Of a stretch of 41,099 bases of DNA, positions 18,001-26,253 are shown piece after piece. A program made the position numbers and the translations under genes. The stretch's first letter is position 1. Every line of letters begins with the position of its first letter. This stretch comes from a virus. Lineage: Duplodnaviria; Caudoviricetes. The stretch spans positions 1 to 41,099 of IMG/VR virus record IMGVR_UViG_3300022719_000282; one strand, written 5' to 3'. The notes beneath the pieces were generated by a model. The model saw only the letters and a program-made list of their open reading frames with translations. It did not search any database and had not been told where the DNA came from.

Positions 18001-18958
18001 CATCAATCCTGCGATCCAGGGCCCCGTTCGATTTGGTCGTGCGTTAGTTAAAAGCAACCGTGCCCGTGCCGCTGTTGGCGGACTGTTTATCGCCGGTGTA
18101 TTGCGGGCGCACTTGGCCCAATTAATTGATTCCGATGAGGACGACGCGACGTATGATTATAAAAAGAATACGTCAATAAATTTACCAACTGGCTTTGGTG
18201 AGGGTGTTACTATCGTAAATCTCCCTTACGGTGCGAATGCGTTTTTTGCCGCCGGACAATACGCAGCATATTACAGCATGGGTAAAATTACGGCTGATGA
18301 GGCAATGCAAAAGACTGTATTGGCAGGAATGGACTCGTTCAACCCTCTTGGTGGATCAAGGCTGTCATTCACCAATCTTGCGCCAACGCCCATTCAGCCG
18401 CCCCTTGAGATACAACAAAATGAGGCTTGGCACGGTGGGCCAGTTTACCCGGAAGAACATTCATTTGAAGTACAAAAGCCAAATCATCAACAATACTGGG
18501 ACAGCGTAAGTGATTCGTCCCGGATTATTACTCGTTGGTTGGCCTTGGCCTCTGCGACCGATAAGCATCCAAATGGACTAATCGATATCTCTCCGGAGTG
18601 GATTGATTATTTTGTTACTCAATATGGCGGCGGCGTAGCAAGAGGAATTCAGAATACATACGACACTGCATACTCGATTTTTACAGACCAAGGACTGCCG
18701 AAGAGTTCGCATATACCGTTTTTGCGCGAGATAATTTCTGACATTGATATTCACAGATACAATCGCAATCTTGTCTTTGAGATGATGGACGAGTCGAGGA
18801 TTGTGAAATTCGATAAATTGCAAACGGAACGATTTAATCGTGCAGTGAAATCAGCGGCAAGCTCTGGCGACAAAATTGATTCGAAATGGATGAAAAGGAC
18901 TAAAGAACAGTTTAATAAGAATCAAACCAACATTGGCTTGGAGACAATTAATCAATGA
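15029..18958 (+). CDS. Large ejection/polyvalent protein with LPD38-like C-terminal region
   Basis: 1309 aa; HAKHASERNE..ASGM, ENASRVALY..AAFIVGELTVDFQRQG..LFINPAIQG and DISPEWIDY motifs. Confidence 0.78.
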   Translation: MAVVDEYKSMVSSSQFRTLDPDQKRQATIEFIQQQNARGRELFGDQWEPHKLQKALINQIPEESYDPGIEVISPSIQKFFTSLGNLTSKRPHEPEKGEFSTDRVSERDPFLIAAESLNTVNQAVENVMTFPIEQLGQLGEAVGESTGLETVQEISGSIKDIAQRRRDKLRLDERASEISKLSITHPTRIAFTVEQSIPFMVTSLAGAGIMSAPGAAVAALPLLAADNFDELKDRFDIGEALTRAFTAAIPQAALESYFPASLANKVKFGKLTRFFDMALSAKSIDQARALLNAAIAEGGTEALQEVLSISSGAESFADAINGLSSKEGIKRLSEAGFAGGVLGPLFTGALGFTEQTTSQGRTGSEQPGELDAPQNQETEEPVQDVQESPIQGTQEVPINKGPEGSQVESDLNTDDDTFVESFQKLAELPKIPAKTNEIAGETSTLIISPDTKPYSNQVSEVIDRSAIDAPSFKETIGNQEQDIIGQSKQEFENAGINFIIRPESFSRKAFKNFVDHTIRIADAQKQIEEQGGFVSLKTDVYKQKRLSTRRIAARINWFERNVMKPFVSVLSSSNVTSEQLDLYRHAKHASERNEAMGFDGASGMTNEQSEKILGEFSSDENVSLNVLSSRLDAIVDSILEYQVKSGILSPEQRQQISQKYEFYSPLGREFEEFASTGGVTGKGSGVLGTGIYRAKGNVELKVLPITAQIMAKAQGIIEQVETNLLVKTLAQLVRDNPSSNIWSIKSRKAIGKTFGEDGEIIFAKPDDNEIGFREDGKQKFIAIHDLALKKAMTSEDLSKSVPIFRGILQFQSKMITAWDITFGKRNFERGLGEALINVQEIRQLELTKDEAKGLTREVLKNTPSAVLGYLRFLNGKPSKWSDIVQDFQFEGGESGAFWLQDIKRLNKALKKHEKRFSRQGFKKLQNAPSLALEFINDLNTAAENASRVALYDSLVKRGVPKKQAAFIVGELTVDFQRQGEYGPTIKSLWLFINPAIQGPVRFGRALVKSNRARAAVGGLFIAGVLRAHLAQLIDSDEDDATYDYKKNTSINLPTGFGEGVTIVNLPYGANAFFAAGQYAAYYSMGKITADEAMQKTVLAGMDSFNPLGGSRLSFTNLAPTPIQPPLEIQQNEAWHGGPVYPEEHSFEVQKPNHQQYWDSVSDSSRIITRWLALASATDKHPNGLIDISPEWIDYFVTQYGGGVARGIQNTYDTAYSIFTDQGLPKSSHIPFLREIISDIDIHRYNRNLVFEMMDESRIVKFDKLQTERFNRAVKSAASSGDKIDSKWMKRTKEQFNKNQTNIGLETINQ

Positions 18959-19107
18959 ACATCATTATCAGAAGCAGAAAAAAACCGGATGTCATTACGA
19001 GAAAACATGCCAAGACCATATTCGGTTATGACCATATTCGGGACTGGCATAAGCATCGCTTGGACAATGAGCTTTGCCAAGGCAAAAAAACACTTAAGAA
19101 GGAGTAG
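18955..19107 (+). CDS. Small basic hypothetical protein (50 aa, not in ORF track)
   Basis: ATGA overlap with upstream stop; MNIIIRSRKK...KKE. Confidence 0.4.
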   Translation: MNIIIRSRKKPDVITRKHAKTIFGYDHIRDWHKHRLDNELCQGKKTLKKE

Positions 19108-19112
19108 TTATC

Positions 19113-19514
19113 ATGGCAGGTTCAGCTATGTCATTCTTTTACGATAACGACGATACCATCAAAACATTAACTGCTGAATGGACAAGCGACGACGCCACTG
19201 GTTCGGTGTCTGGCGAAACGGAACATGATATCAGTGGATTTCTTTTGTCTGGTCTCACCAATCCCGGATCGCCTGCTCCAACAGACGACTATGACATTAC
19301 GATCAGCGATGAGGACAGTTACAACGTTCTCACGAATTGCGAGGATGATTTAACCGATCGTGATACGTCTAATACGGAGCTTGTGGAGTTCTTGTTGAAA
19401 GACAGTGCCGGCGACACCGCTGGCGGGCATCCATCGGTGAACGGTAAACTCACGATTGCGGTGTCAAACGCTGGAAACAGCAAACAAGGAACGCTGAAAA
19501 TCAAGTATATTTAA
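19113..19514 (+). CDS. Virion protein (possible spike adaptor)
   Basis: Acidic beta-rich 133 aa, AGGAG RBS, directly before the beta-helix genes. Confidence 0.55.
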   Translation: MAGSAMSFFYDNDDTIKTLTAEWTSDDATGSVSGETEHDISGFLLSGLTNPGSPAPTDDYDITISDEDSYNVLTNCEDDLTDRDTSNTELVEFLLKDSAGDTAGGHPSVNGKLTIAVSNAGNSKQGTLKIKYI

Positions 19515-20440
19515 TGCGTCTCACGGCAAAAAAAATCATTCGGCAATTTCCGTTTTTGTTTGGCGGTAAACGTCCCTCCTTCGTTCAACTTCTTGAGGAC
19601 GCGATTGTTGACGCTGACGGGAACGGGGATTACCTGACGATCTCGGCGGCGGTGGCGGCTGGCGCGAAGACAATGTACGTGCTGCGGGCGGAGCAGGACG
19701 CGGCGGTGAGCGAGTCGACGGCTGGCTTGCGGATCGAGACCGCGCCGGGGAGTAATTTCAGCCACGCGGACGGGATCACGCTGACGGGGGCGAACAGCAC
19801 GCTGGTTTTGGGGCCAGGGACAAGCGTGACGGGGGCGGTTGTGATGACGGGGGACGATCCGACGTTGATCATGGAGAACAACGCCACCGTGAAAAAGGTG
19901 GACCTGGGGTTAAACGGATTCGCTGACGGCGGGGGGTACGCCTCGCAATGCACCGAGACGGCGGGATCGTCCTACGGATTCACGTTGAACGGGACCGACT
20001 CGATCGTGCGCGATATTTACATCAATATCTCGGGCAGCGCCACGAAAGGGGTAAATGATATTGCTTCAAATCCAACTCGACAGAATCTGGTGAACATAAA
20101 GGTGTCGGCGTGGGCGGTATCATTTAACTACACGAAAGATGAATCGCTGATCTTTGGTTGTTCCGAGGAAACAACTAGAAACAAGACGTTTATCGCAAAT
20201 GCTTTCGATAAGCTCCGGATTTTGTGCAATAACGCACGGGGCATGACGTCGTCGGGCGACGGCGTTGGGTTAGCGGGCGGAATTGATTACGTCACGTCCG
20301 GCAATATCTTTGAAGCCGGGGACATCTCGATTACTGCCGATGACGATAACGTGGTTTACGGCAATCGGATCAACGAGGCGGTTACGGATCACAGCGGGGG
20401 GACCGCGGTGGTGGCGAAAAACGACGTGGGGGCCTTCTGA
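19514..20440 (+). CDS. Right-handed beta-helix (tailspike-like) protein 1
   Basis: DAIVDADGNGDYLTISAAV cap motif; N/G-rich repeats. Confidence 0.75.
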   Translation: MRLTAKKIIRQFPFLFGGKRPSFVQLLEDAIVDADGNGDYLTISAAVAAGAKTMYVLRAEQDAAVSESTAGLRIETAPGSNFSHADGITLTGANSTLVLGPGTSVTGAVVMTGDDPTLIMENNATVKKVDLGLNGFADGGGYASQCTETAGSSYGFTLNGTDSIVRDIYINISGSATKGVNDIASNPTRQNLVNIKVSAWAVSFNYTKDESLIFGCSEETTRNKTFIANAFDKLRILCNNARGMTSSGDGVGLAGGIDYVTSGNIFEAGDISITADDDNVVYGNRINEAVTDHSGGTAVVAKNDVGAF

Positions 20441-21327
20441 TGCCGCGGTACGATGCGATAGTAGACCCGTCTGGCGGGGATTACGGGACGCTGCAGGACA
20501 TGGACGACGCTATCGGGGCGTCTTCCTACGTGGCGATGGTGCGCCGGGCGACGTACACTGCTGGCCTGACGCTGGCGACGAATAACGTGAGGATCGCGTT
20601 TCATCCGGGCACGGTTGTCCAGGGCGACATCGAGCTCTCGGGGGACGGGATCAACGCGGTGTTTTACCCGGGCTGCGACGTACAGGGGCTGCTCACGATG
20701 TCTGGCGCGGGGTGTAAGGTGCAGTGCTACAATAACTGCTTGTTCGACGGCTTGCTCATGTCCGGCAACAACGGGACGTTCCACGGCGGCGGCAAGGGGA
20801 CGCTGATTGACGGGGGGATCGCTAATGATGCAGTATTTATCTCAGGCAGCGATTGTTTGGTAAGCTATTTCGCAGCAAGCACAACGGGCGGAGGAGAAAC
20901 TAGCAATAAGGCGGTGATGATAAATGGAGGAGATCGATGTGCGGTATTTGCGGCAATGATTGTCGATTCAGATGAAACTGGTATTACAGTATGGGGGAAT
21001 GACCACAAAATCCTTGGCTGCCATGTTTTATCTGCCGATCGATTCGGAATAAGTGTTCTCAATAATCGAAATATCATTAAATATAATAATGTGCAAAACG
21101 TTGGCGATGCGGGTATAAAATTAAACGAATTTAATGGTGGGGCATCAGACAATATTGTTGAGTTCAACATTGTCAAGGATCACGCCGATTTTGCAATTCA
21201 GGTGGACGGCGCTTCAGAGGACAACGTTGTTTGCGGAAATGTGCTGGATGATTTGGCTTCGAGTTCTGGCATTAGCGATCTATCCGGGACTTCTATAGTG
21301 GACAACAACGTGGAGGCATCGTTCTAA
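20440..21327 (+). CDS. Right-handed beta-helix (tailspike-like) protein 2
   Basis: DAIVDPSGGDYGTLQ cap; GI.V...N.I..N repeats. Confidence 0.75.
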   Translation: MPRYDAIVDPSGGDYGTLQDMDDAIGASSYVAMVRRATYTAGLTLATNNVRIAFHPGTVVQGDIELSGDGINAVFYPGCDVQGLLTMSGAGCKVQCYNNCLFDGLLMSGNNGTFHGGGKGTLIDGGIANDAVFISGSDCLVSYFAASTTGGGETSNKAVMINGGDRCAVFAAMIVDSDETGITVWGNDHKILGCHVLSADRFGISVLNNRNIIKYNNVQNVGDAGIKLNEFNGGASDNIVEFNIVKDHADFAIQVDGASEDNVVCGNVLDDLASSSGISDLSGTSIVDNNVEASF

Positions 21328-22184
21328 TGGCGAGCGTGTTTCCATACGAGGCGATCATCGACGCGGGGGGCGACGGGGATTATGCTGACGTTCCGGCGGC
21401 GATCGCGGCGGACGCTTACTTCTGTTACGCCAAGGCCGGGACGTACTCGGCGTTCACGCAGGACCAGGCGAACAGCGTGATCGTGTTCGAGCCGAACTCG
21501 ACGGTTGGCGATGTGACGCTTTCCGGCGACGGCGCGTGCCTGATTTTTGGGAACGGCTGCACGGTGGGCGACGTCACGGTGAGCGGGGAGGGGTGCAGTA
21601 TCTGGTTCGAGAACGGCGCCGCGTGCGGCAAGCTGGATGTGAATGCGAAGGAGTTCTATTTCAACGGCCGGGGCTACGGGACGGTGGTTTCCGAGGGGAC
21701 GAATGAGGCAATTAACACGTCGTCGTCGTCGGCTGATTGCGTATTCGAGAATGCTAAAGCGAATCAGACAGGGACAAATCATGGATTCAGTTTGAGCGGC
21801 GATAGAAATGTTCTGTTTTTATTGCAGTCTAGCGAATCCGACATCAATGCTGGTCGACTGTTAGGTGATTACGGCATCGTTCTTGGCGGCCATTTCAGCG
21901 GTTCCGACGACAGCGGCAACGAAGTAATCAGTATATCCGGCTTCTGGAATATCTTTTGCGGGAACTACCTGGATTGTTCCGGCGGCGGCACTGGAGACGA
22001 TGGCATCGAGATAACACAAGGATATAACGTGGTTGCCGAAAACATCGTTGAATCGGTAGACGGTGATCCGGTGGTTATTAGAGGAGGATACGACAATGCA
22101 GTCGTCGCTAACCGGGTGGATGGCGCCGTCAACGACGAGGGTACCGGAAATGTAGTCGCGAACAACGATACAACAACGTTATGA
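21327..22184 (+). CDS. Right-handed beta-helix (tailspike-like) protein 3
   Basis: EAIIDAGGDGDYADVPAAI..AGTY cap; N.V..N repeats. Confidence 0.75.
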   Translation: MASVFPYEAIIDAGGDGDYADVPAAIAADAYFCYAKAGTYSAFTQDQANSVIVFEPNSTVGDVTLSGDGACLIFGNGCTVGDVTVSGEGCSIWFENGAACGKLDVNAKEFYFNGRGYGTVVSEGTNEAINTSSSSADCVFENAKANQTGTNHGFSLSGDRNVLFLLQSSESDINAGRLLGDYGIVLGGHFSGSDDSGNEVISISGFWNIFCGNYLDCSGGGTGDDGIEITQGYNVVAENIVESVDGDPVVIRGGYDNAVVANRVDGAVNDEGTGNVVANNDTTTL

Positions 22185-22194
22185 GGAGAACATC

Positions 22195-22611
22195 ATGAAG
22201 TTATATGATATCCTGACAAACTCGCAATGGGATGAGTTCAACGCTGGACAGCAGGCTGAATTGAGTCGCCTGAGCGAGGCGCGGGCCCGGAAATTCTTCC
22301 TCGGCGAAGACGGTCCGGAAGAGGACTGGCCGGCGGAGCCGCTGGCCTTTCGCGATAAAGTGGTGAGCCGCTGGACGTCGCACGACGTCGGCCACCTGCG
22401 TGCCCGGGTGAACATCGACAGCGTGTCGGCGACTGTTAATTACTCAGAGGACAATAATTACACCGACTCGGAGCAAGCGGCCATCAATGCGTACATCAAG
22501 AAGAACCGGAGCCAATGGGGGATGAACATTCCGCGTGCATTGGAAGGATATCAGGTTGCTATTGACGCCGGGATACCGGCGGACGTGGCGTTGGCGTCGC
22601 TGATGAACTGA
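22195..22611 (+). CDS. Hypothetical protein (possible spike chaperone)
   Basis: GAGGAG RBS; follows spike genes. Confidence 0.6.
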   Translation: MKLYDILTNSQWDEFNAGQQAELSRLSEARARKFFLGEDGPEEDWPAEPLAFRDKVVSRWTSHDVGHLRARVNIDSVSATVNYSEDNNYTDSEQAAINAYIKKNRSQWGMNIPRALEGYQVAIDAGIPADVALASLMN

Positions 22612-22623
22612 GGACGTCTAAAA

Positions 22624-22848
22624 ATGATCGATGTAATTTATTGTATGATACAAAGGATACCCGGCAGCAATAACTATGAGGCTACAAGTAAAGGAAATGA
22701 GCTAATGAGGCCGATTAAAGGCATGGAAAAGGAGTGTCAATACTTCAACTGGTTGCGCAAAAAAGTCGAATTAATGGATAACCACAATGCTGAAATCGGC
22801 AACGAAATATTGATTGAGTATTTCAACCGTTTTTTGCGCCAAGGCTGA
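22624..22848 (+). CDS. Hypothetical protein
   Basis: 74-aa AT-richer ORF with GAGG RBS. Confidence 0.45.
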   Translation: MIDVIYCMIQRIPGSNNYEATSKGNELMRPIKGMEKECQYFNWLRKKVELMDNHNAEIGNEILIEYFNRFLRQG

Positions 22849-22895
22849 CGCTGTTACAGCGTTGGCAATACAAAACCAAAACAAAGATATGGATT

Positions 22896-23291
22896 ATGAC
22901 GCCACAAGAGACAAAGATATACAAAGAGGGTCTCGCTCGCAGCCGAAATCTATTTGCGCTTTATTCTGTTATTGTAGTCACCTTGATCGGGGCGGTGGCG
23001 CATTTTACTAAGGGTTTTCTGTCAGATTTAAATAACAAGGTCCAATCGGTAAATACCGGTCTGCAACGGATCGAGGTTACATTAAGCGCATTTGACCAAC
23101 GGCTTGGCAGTGTTTCGGACAACAGCAACAGAATATCAAAACTCGAAGATCGGGCAGCGTCCAGAGATGTAAAAATCTTTGTCCCGTTGAAAACTCTTGA
23201 AAACAAAATTAACGGCATAATAAGAGAGATTAGAGATTATGACCAAAGGATTGATTACCTGGAAAGTAAATATCGGACTCATCGCGATTAG
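22896..23291 (+). CDS. Single-TM coiled-coil protein (holin or i-spanin-like)
   Basis: TM LFALYSVIVVTLIGAVAHF followed by heptad coiled coil. Confidence 0.55.
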   Translation: MTPQETKIYKEGLARSRNLFALYSVIVVTLIGAVAHFTKGFLSDLNNKVQSVNTGLQRIEVTLSAFDQRLGSVSDNSNRISKLEDRAASRDVKIFVPLKTLENKINGIIREIRDYDQRIDYLESKYRTHRD

Positions 23292-23517
23292 CTTATTGAT
23301 TGGGTGCCGTATGCGACTGTATCAATCGGATACGTCGCGGATATTTTCGTTTACTATGTTTGATAGAACCTCTATTGAGAGCGTCGAATTTGATGCCGCC
23401 AAGAGCGACACTGAGACCCGGAAACGGATTGTGGTCACTGGCGGATCATCTGGGCCGGAGACTGAAGCTATCAAGGCTGCAACCGAGGGGGCAGTACGTG
23501 GCGCCATAGGACAATGA
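23239..23517 (+). CDS. Putative lipoprotein (o-spanin-like)
   Basis: Hydrophobic stretch ending in lipobox-like LLIGC; overlaps the 3' end of the upstream TM gene in another frame. Confidence 0.5.
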   Translation: MTKGLITWKVNIGLIAISLLIGCRMRLYQSDTSRIFSFTMFDRTSIESVEFDAAKSDTETRKRIVVTGGSSGPETEAIKAATEGAVRGAIGQ

Positions 23518-24014
23518 AGTTACCGTCAGTTAATCGTTTTGGGTGGTTCCGCTGTGGCTACGTCAACGGCCGACAGTGGACCATATATAATCCACCCACT
23601 CCAAACATAAATCCCACCGACCCACGATCCGTCCAATTTGGATATGAAATATCGGACTTGCCACCGGTAACAGACTCCTCCCCGGTCTGCATCATACCAG
23701 AGGACGGATCGCTTACCAACTTCGCTTCGATCCCTCGAGTATTCTGGCGCATTGCGCCACCCGTAGGAGACGGTGCTCGCGCCAGATACGGGCTTGCTGC
23801 AATTGCCCATGACGAACTATACAGAAGCCATTGCGTCGTTAGAAAGATTCCAAATCGCGAACATCCAAAGTACACAGTGCACGTAGACGTCGATCGTAAA
23901 TTCGCCGATGCGGTCTTCCTTGCCATCATGGCCGCCGACGAGGTCTCATGGTGGCGCAGGAAGACAATGTATTATGCAGTCCGTGCGTTCGGCGCCGGTA
24001 ATTGGTCTTCCTGA
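23514..24014 (+). CDS. DUF1353-like protein
   Basis: TNFASIPRVFW..Y..AAIAHDELY..ADAVF..M..V.WWRR.MY.AVRAFG. Confidence 0.85.
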   Translation: MKLPSVNRFGWFRCGYVNGRQWTIYNPPTPNINPTDPRSVQFGYEISDLPPVTDSSPVCIIPEDGSLTNFASIPRVFWRIAPPVGDGARARYGLAAIAHDELYRSHCVVRKIPNREHPKYTVHVDVDRKFADAVFLAIMAADEVSWWRRKTMYYAVRAFGAGNWSS

Positions 24015-24162
24015 TTTAAAATTTTTTGACATTCCTAATCTCCTTATATCCAGTACTTTACCCATGCAACTATAAATTTATAGAACTATAAAGTTATAAA
24101 GTTGTGTTGCAATTTCTTGAGACACGTTATAAACTGTTAATATTTAATCGAAGGCAATCAAA
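24015..24162 (+). promoter_or_regulatory. AT-rich early control region with operator-like repeats
   Basis: Perfect palindrome CTATAAATTTATAG at 24070-24083; TATAAA repeated at 24071, 24087, 24095 and 24128; lies at the late/early module boundary. Confidence 0.55.
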
Positions 24163-24330
24163 ATGCGAGAAACGACATCCGTGATAATATCAAAGCGACA
24201 CCGGGACATTCTGAAGCGCCGGATCGTCGGTAGCGATTATAAGTCGATGCGCCATTTTCTCGAGGCGGCAATCGATTCGACATTTGGCCGTAAGCGGGAT
24301 AAACCAAACGGAAAGCGAGGTTTTAAATGA
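24163..24330 (+). CDS. Small ribbon-helix-helix-like regulator (55 aa, not in ORF track)
   Basis: MRETTSVIISKRHRDILKRR...SMRHFLEAAID: beta strand then two helices; ATGA overlap with next gene. Confidence 0.6.
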   Translation: MRETTSVIISKRHRDILKRRIVGSDYKSMRHFLEAAIDSTFGRKRDKPNGKRGFK

Positions 24331-24698
24331 CGAAACGAGTAATGACGTACACATGCCACAATGGAGAGGATATCTCCATCAATCCAGACGTCCCGGAAAC
24401 CCAGTCGATTGAGAAAATCATCGAACTCATCGACGGCCTGGTGGAGCTTGGAGACGAATTCGACGAGATAATATCTCGCCCATTCCAGACGATTCGGACG
24501 ATGCGGGATATGGCGGTGTTCGCTTTGCGACATTGTGCGATTGGCGATGGCGATAGGAATCTCGGCATCAAAATCGCAAGCCGGGATCGCGACGGGTACG
24601 AGACGGACGCTGCGTATCTTGATATCGAGGCCGTTGACTACGCCGGGAATCCCGATGGAAAAGACGGGAGCCCGCAATATTTGAGCTTGGAGTGTTAG
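24327..24698 (+). CDS. Hypothetical acidic protein
   Basis: 123-aa ORF translationally coupled to upstream gene. Confidence 0.6.
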   Translation: MTKRVMTYTCHNGEDISINPDVPETQSIEKIIELIDGLVELGDEFDEIISRPFQTIRTMRDMAVFALRHCAIGDGDRNLGIKIASRDRDGYETDAAYLDIEAVDYAGNPDGKDGSPQYLSLEC

Positions 24699-24700
24699 GA

Positions 24701-24759
24701 GATGATTGAGAGCATATACATAATCATTGTCGTTTCCGTCAGTGTACTGGCATTCTTGG
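24701..24759 (+). repeat. 59-bp exact direct repeat, copy 1
   Basis: Identical to 25022-25080. Confidence 0.95.
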
Positions 24760-24893
24760 CCGGTGCGCTCGGGACGTTTGTGACCAGCGATGACATGGAA
24801 ACAATTTGCCGCCGGCGGGCTCACGGTAACTGCCACACGCCTCTCTTCTCCTTGGAGGCACAGTCCCGCCGGCGGCACTCTAACGGGGAGTAG
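24702..24893 (+). CDS. Small membrane protein
   Basis: N-terminal TM IYIIIVVSVSVLAFLAGALG. Confidence 0.45.
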   Translation: MIESIYIIIVVSVSVLAFLAGALGTFVTSDDMETICRRRAHGNCHTPLFSLEAQSRRRHSNGE

Positions 24894-24899
24894 TAAACT

Positions 24900-25112
24900 A
24901 TGTCATTCGCAGTACTGGAATTTACTGTCGGGTTTGTTTTCGGCATGATTATCAGCGCATGGATAGCTTTGTTTAAGATGCAGAAATACACGGAACGAGC
25001 CAATTATCTGAATAAGTTGGTGATGATTGAGAGCATATACATAATCATTGTCGTTTCCGTCAGTGTACTGGCATTCTTGGTTCGTATCTGGAGCGTGAGA
25101 ATCGGAAAATGA
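24900..25112 (+). CDS. Small two-TM membrane protein
   Basis: Two hydrophobic segments, the second encoded by the 59-bp repeat. Confidence 0.5.
   Translation: MSFAVLEFTVGFVFGMIISAWIALFKMQKYTERANYLNKLVMIESIYIIIVVSVSVLAFLVRIWSVRIGK
25022..25080 (+). repeat. 59-bp exact direct repeat, copy 2
   Basis: Identical to 24701-24759. Confidence 0.95.
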
Positions 25113-25136
25113 GACGTAAAATCAGAGGGCAAACGA

Positions 25137-26051
25137 ATGCTCAGCCAGAAGACACTTGAGGAACGCCGGAAGGGGATCGGCGGTAGCGATTCAGCCGCCA
25201 TAATGGGCTTCAGCCGGTGGAAGACTCCTTATGATATCTGGCTCGACAAGACGGGCATGTCCGAGCCGGAGCCGGTGAATAACGACATGCGCCGCGGGGA
25301 GGTGTGTGAGCCGATCGCCGCAAGCGTTTTCGCCCAACGGCAACAACGAAAGGTTCGGCGACACCCGGATATGCAGTGGTTGGACGACCTGTTTTTCGGC
25401 AACATCGACCGGCACATCGTTGACAATGGCGACGGGCGTGGACCGGGTGTACTTGAGATCAAATGCCCCAGGTTTACTTCATTCCTGAAGATCAAACGCG
25501 AGGGACTGCCCGAGGAACATCAAATCCAGCTCCAGCACTACCTCATGGTCAAGAAATGGGCATGGGGGGCGTTCGCGGTGTTTTGCGCGGACTCGTGGGA
25601 ACTCATTTCCTTTGACATCGATGCAGACCCGGAACTGCATGAGATGATCAGGCACGCAGGCCGGAACTTCTGGATGTGCGTCGTCAACAATATCCCGCCC
25701 GTGGACGACGAGGACAAAAAGCCTGAGGTGAAGTTGCCGAATATTGGCGGTGAACTGGTGAAGGTGGACAGCAACGAGTGGAAACAACGTCTCGAGGCCC
25801 TGGCGGAGGCGCGGCAGATCAAGGAAGATGCCGAAGCGCTGTACCTCGACGAGTGCGAGAAGGTGAAATACCTTATGGGCGACACGACGGCAATTGAGTA
25901 TGACGGGATCGCACGTGTGCACTATAGCTGGAATAAGCCGCGAAAGTCGCTGGACACAAAGGCGCTCAAGAAGGCTCACCCGGAGATAGACTTCTCGAAG
26001 TTTGAAAAGGTCGGCCAGCCGTCGCGCTCACTACGGCCGTATTTTTTTTGA
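25137..26051 (+). CDS. YqaJ-like viral recombination exonuclease
   Basis: RRKGIGGSD, GNIDR, LEIKC and QLQHYL motifs. Confidence 0.92.
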   Translation: MLSQKTLEERRKGIGGSDSAAIMGFSRWKTPYDIWLDKTGMSEPEPVNNDMRRGEVCEPIAASVFAQRQQRKVRRHPDMQWLDDLFFGNIDRHIVDNGDGRGPGVLEIKCPRFTSFLKIKREGLPEEHQIQLQHYLMVKKWAWGAFAVFCADSWELISFDIDADPELHEMIRHAGRNFWMCVVNNIPPVDDEDKKPEVKLPNIGGELVKVDSNEWKQRLEALAEARQIKEDAEALYLDECEKVKYLMGDTTAIEYDGIARVHYSWNKPRKSLDTKALKKAHPEIDFSKFEKVGQPSRSLRPYFF

Positions 26052-26253
26052 AACCTTGTAAGTATCAACCGATTGGTTCGCCAAGCCGCAACCGTAGCAG
26101 GCCATCAAACGATCTGTCGATGAATCATCGCGGATGGTTTTGGAATGCTTCGACAATATTCTTGATTTGGTGGCAAATGGTGAAGATTTAACCGTTGAGG
26201 ATATTGATGTCCGTTGGTCGGATGAAACGCAACTACAAAAGGAGTAAGGACAA

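Noticed and set aside
24701-25080. DGR template/variable repeat pair
   Set aside because: The copies are identical with no adenine-specific mismatches, and no reverse transcriptase is present
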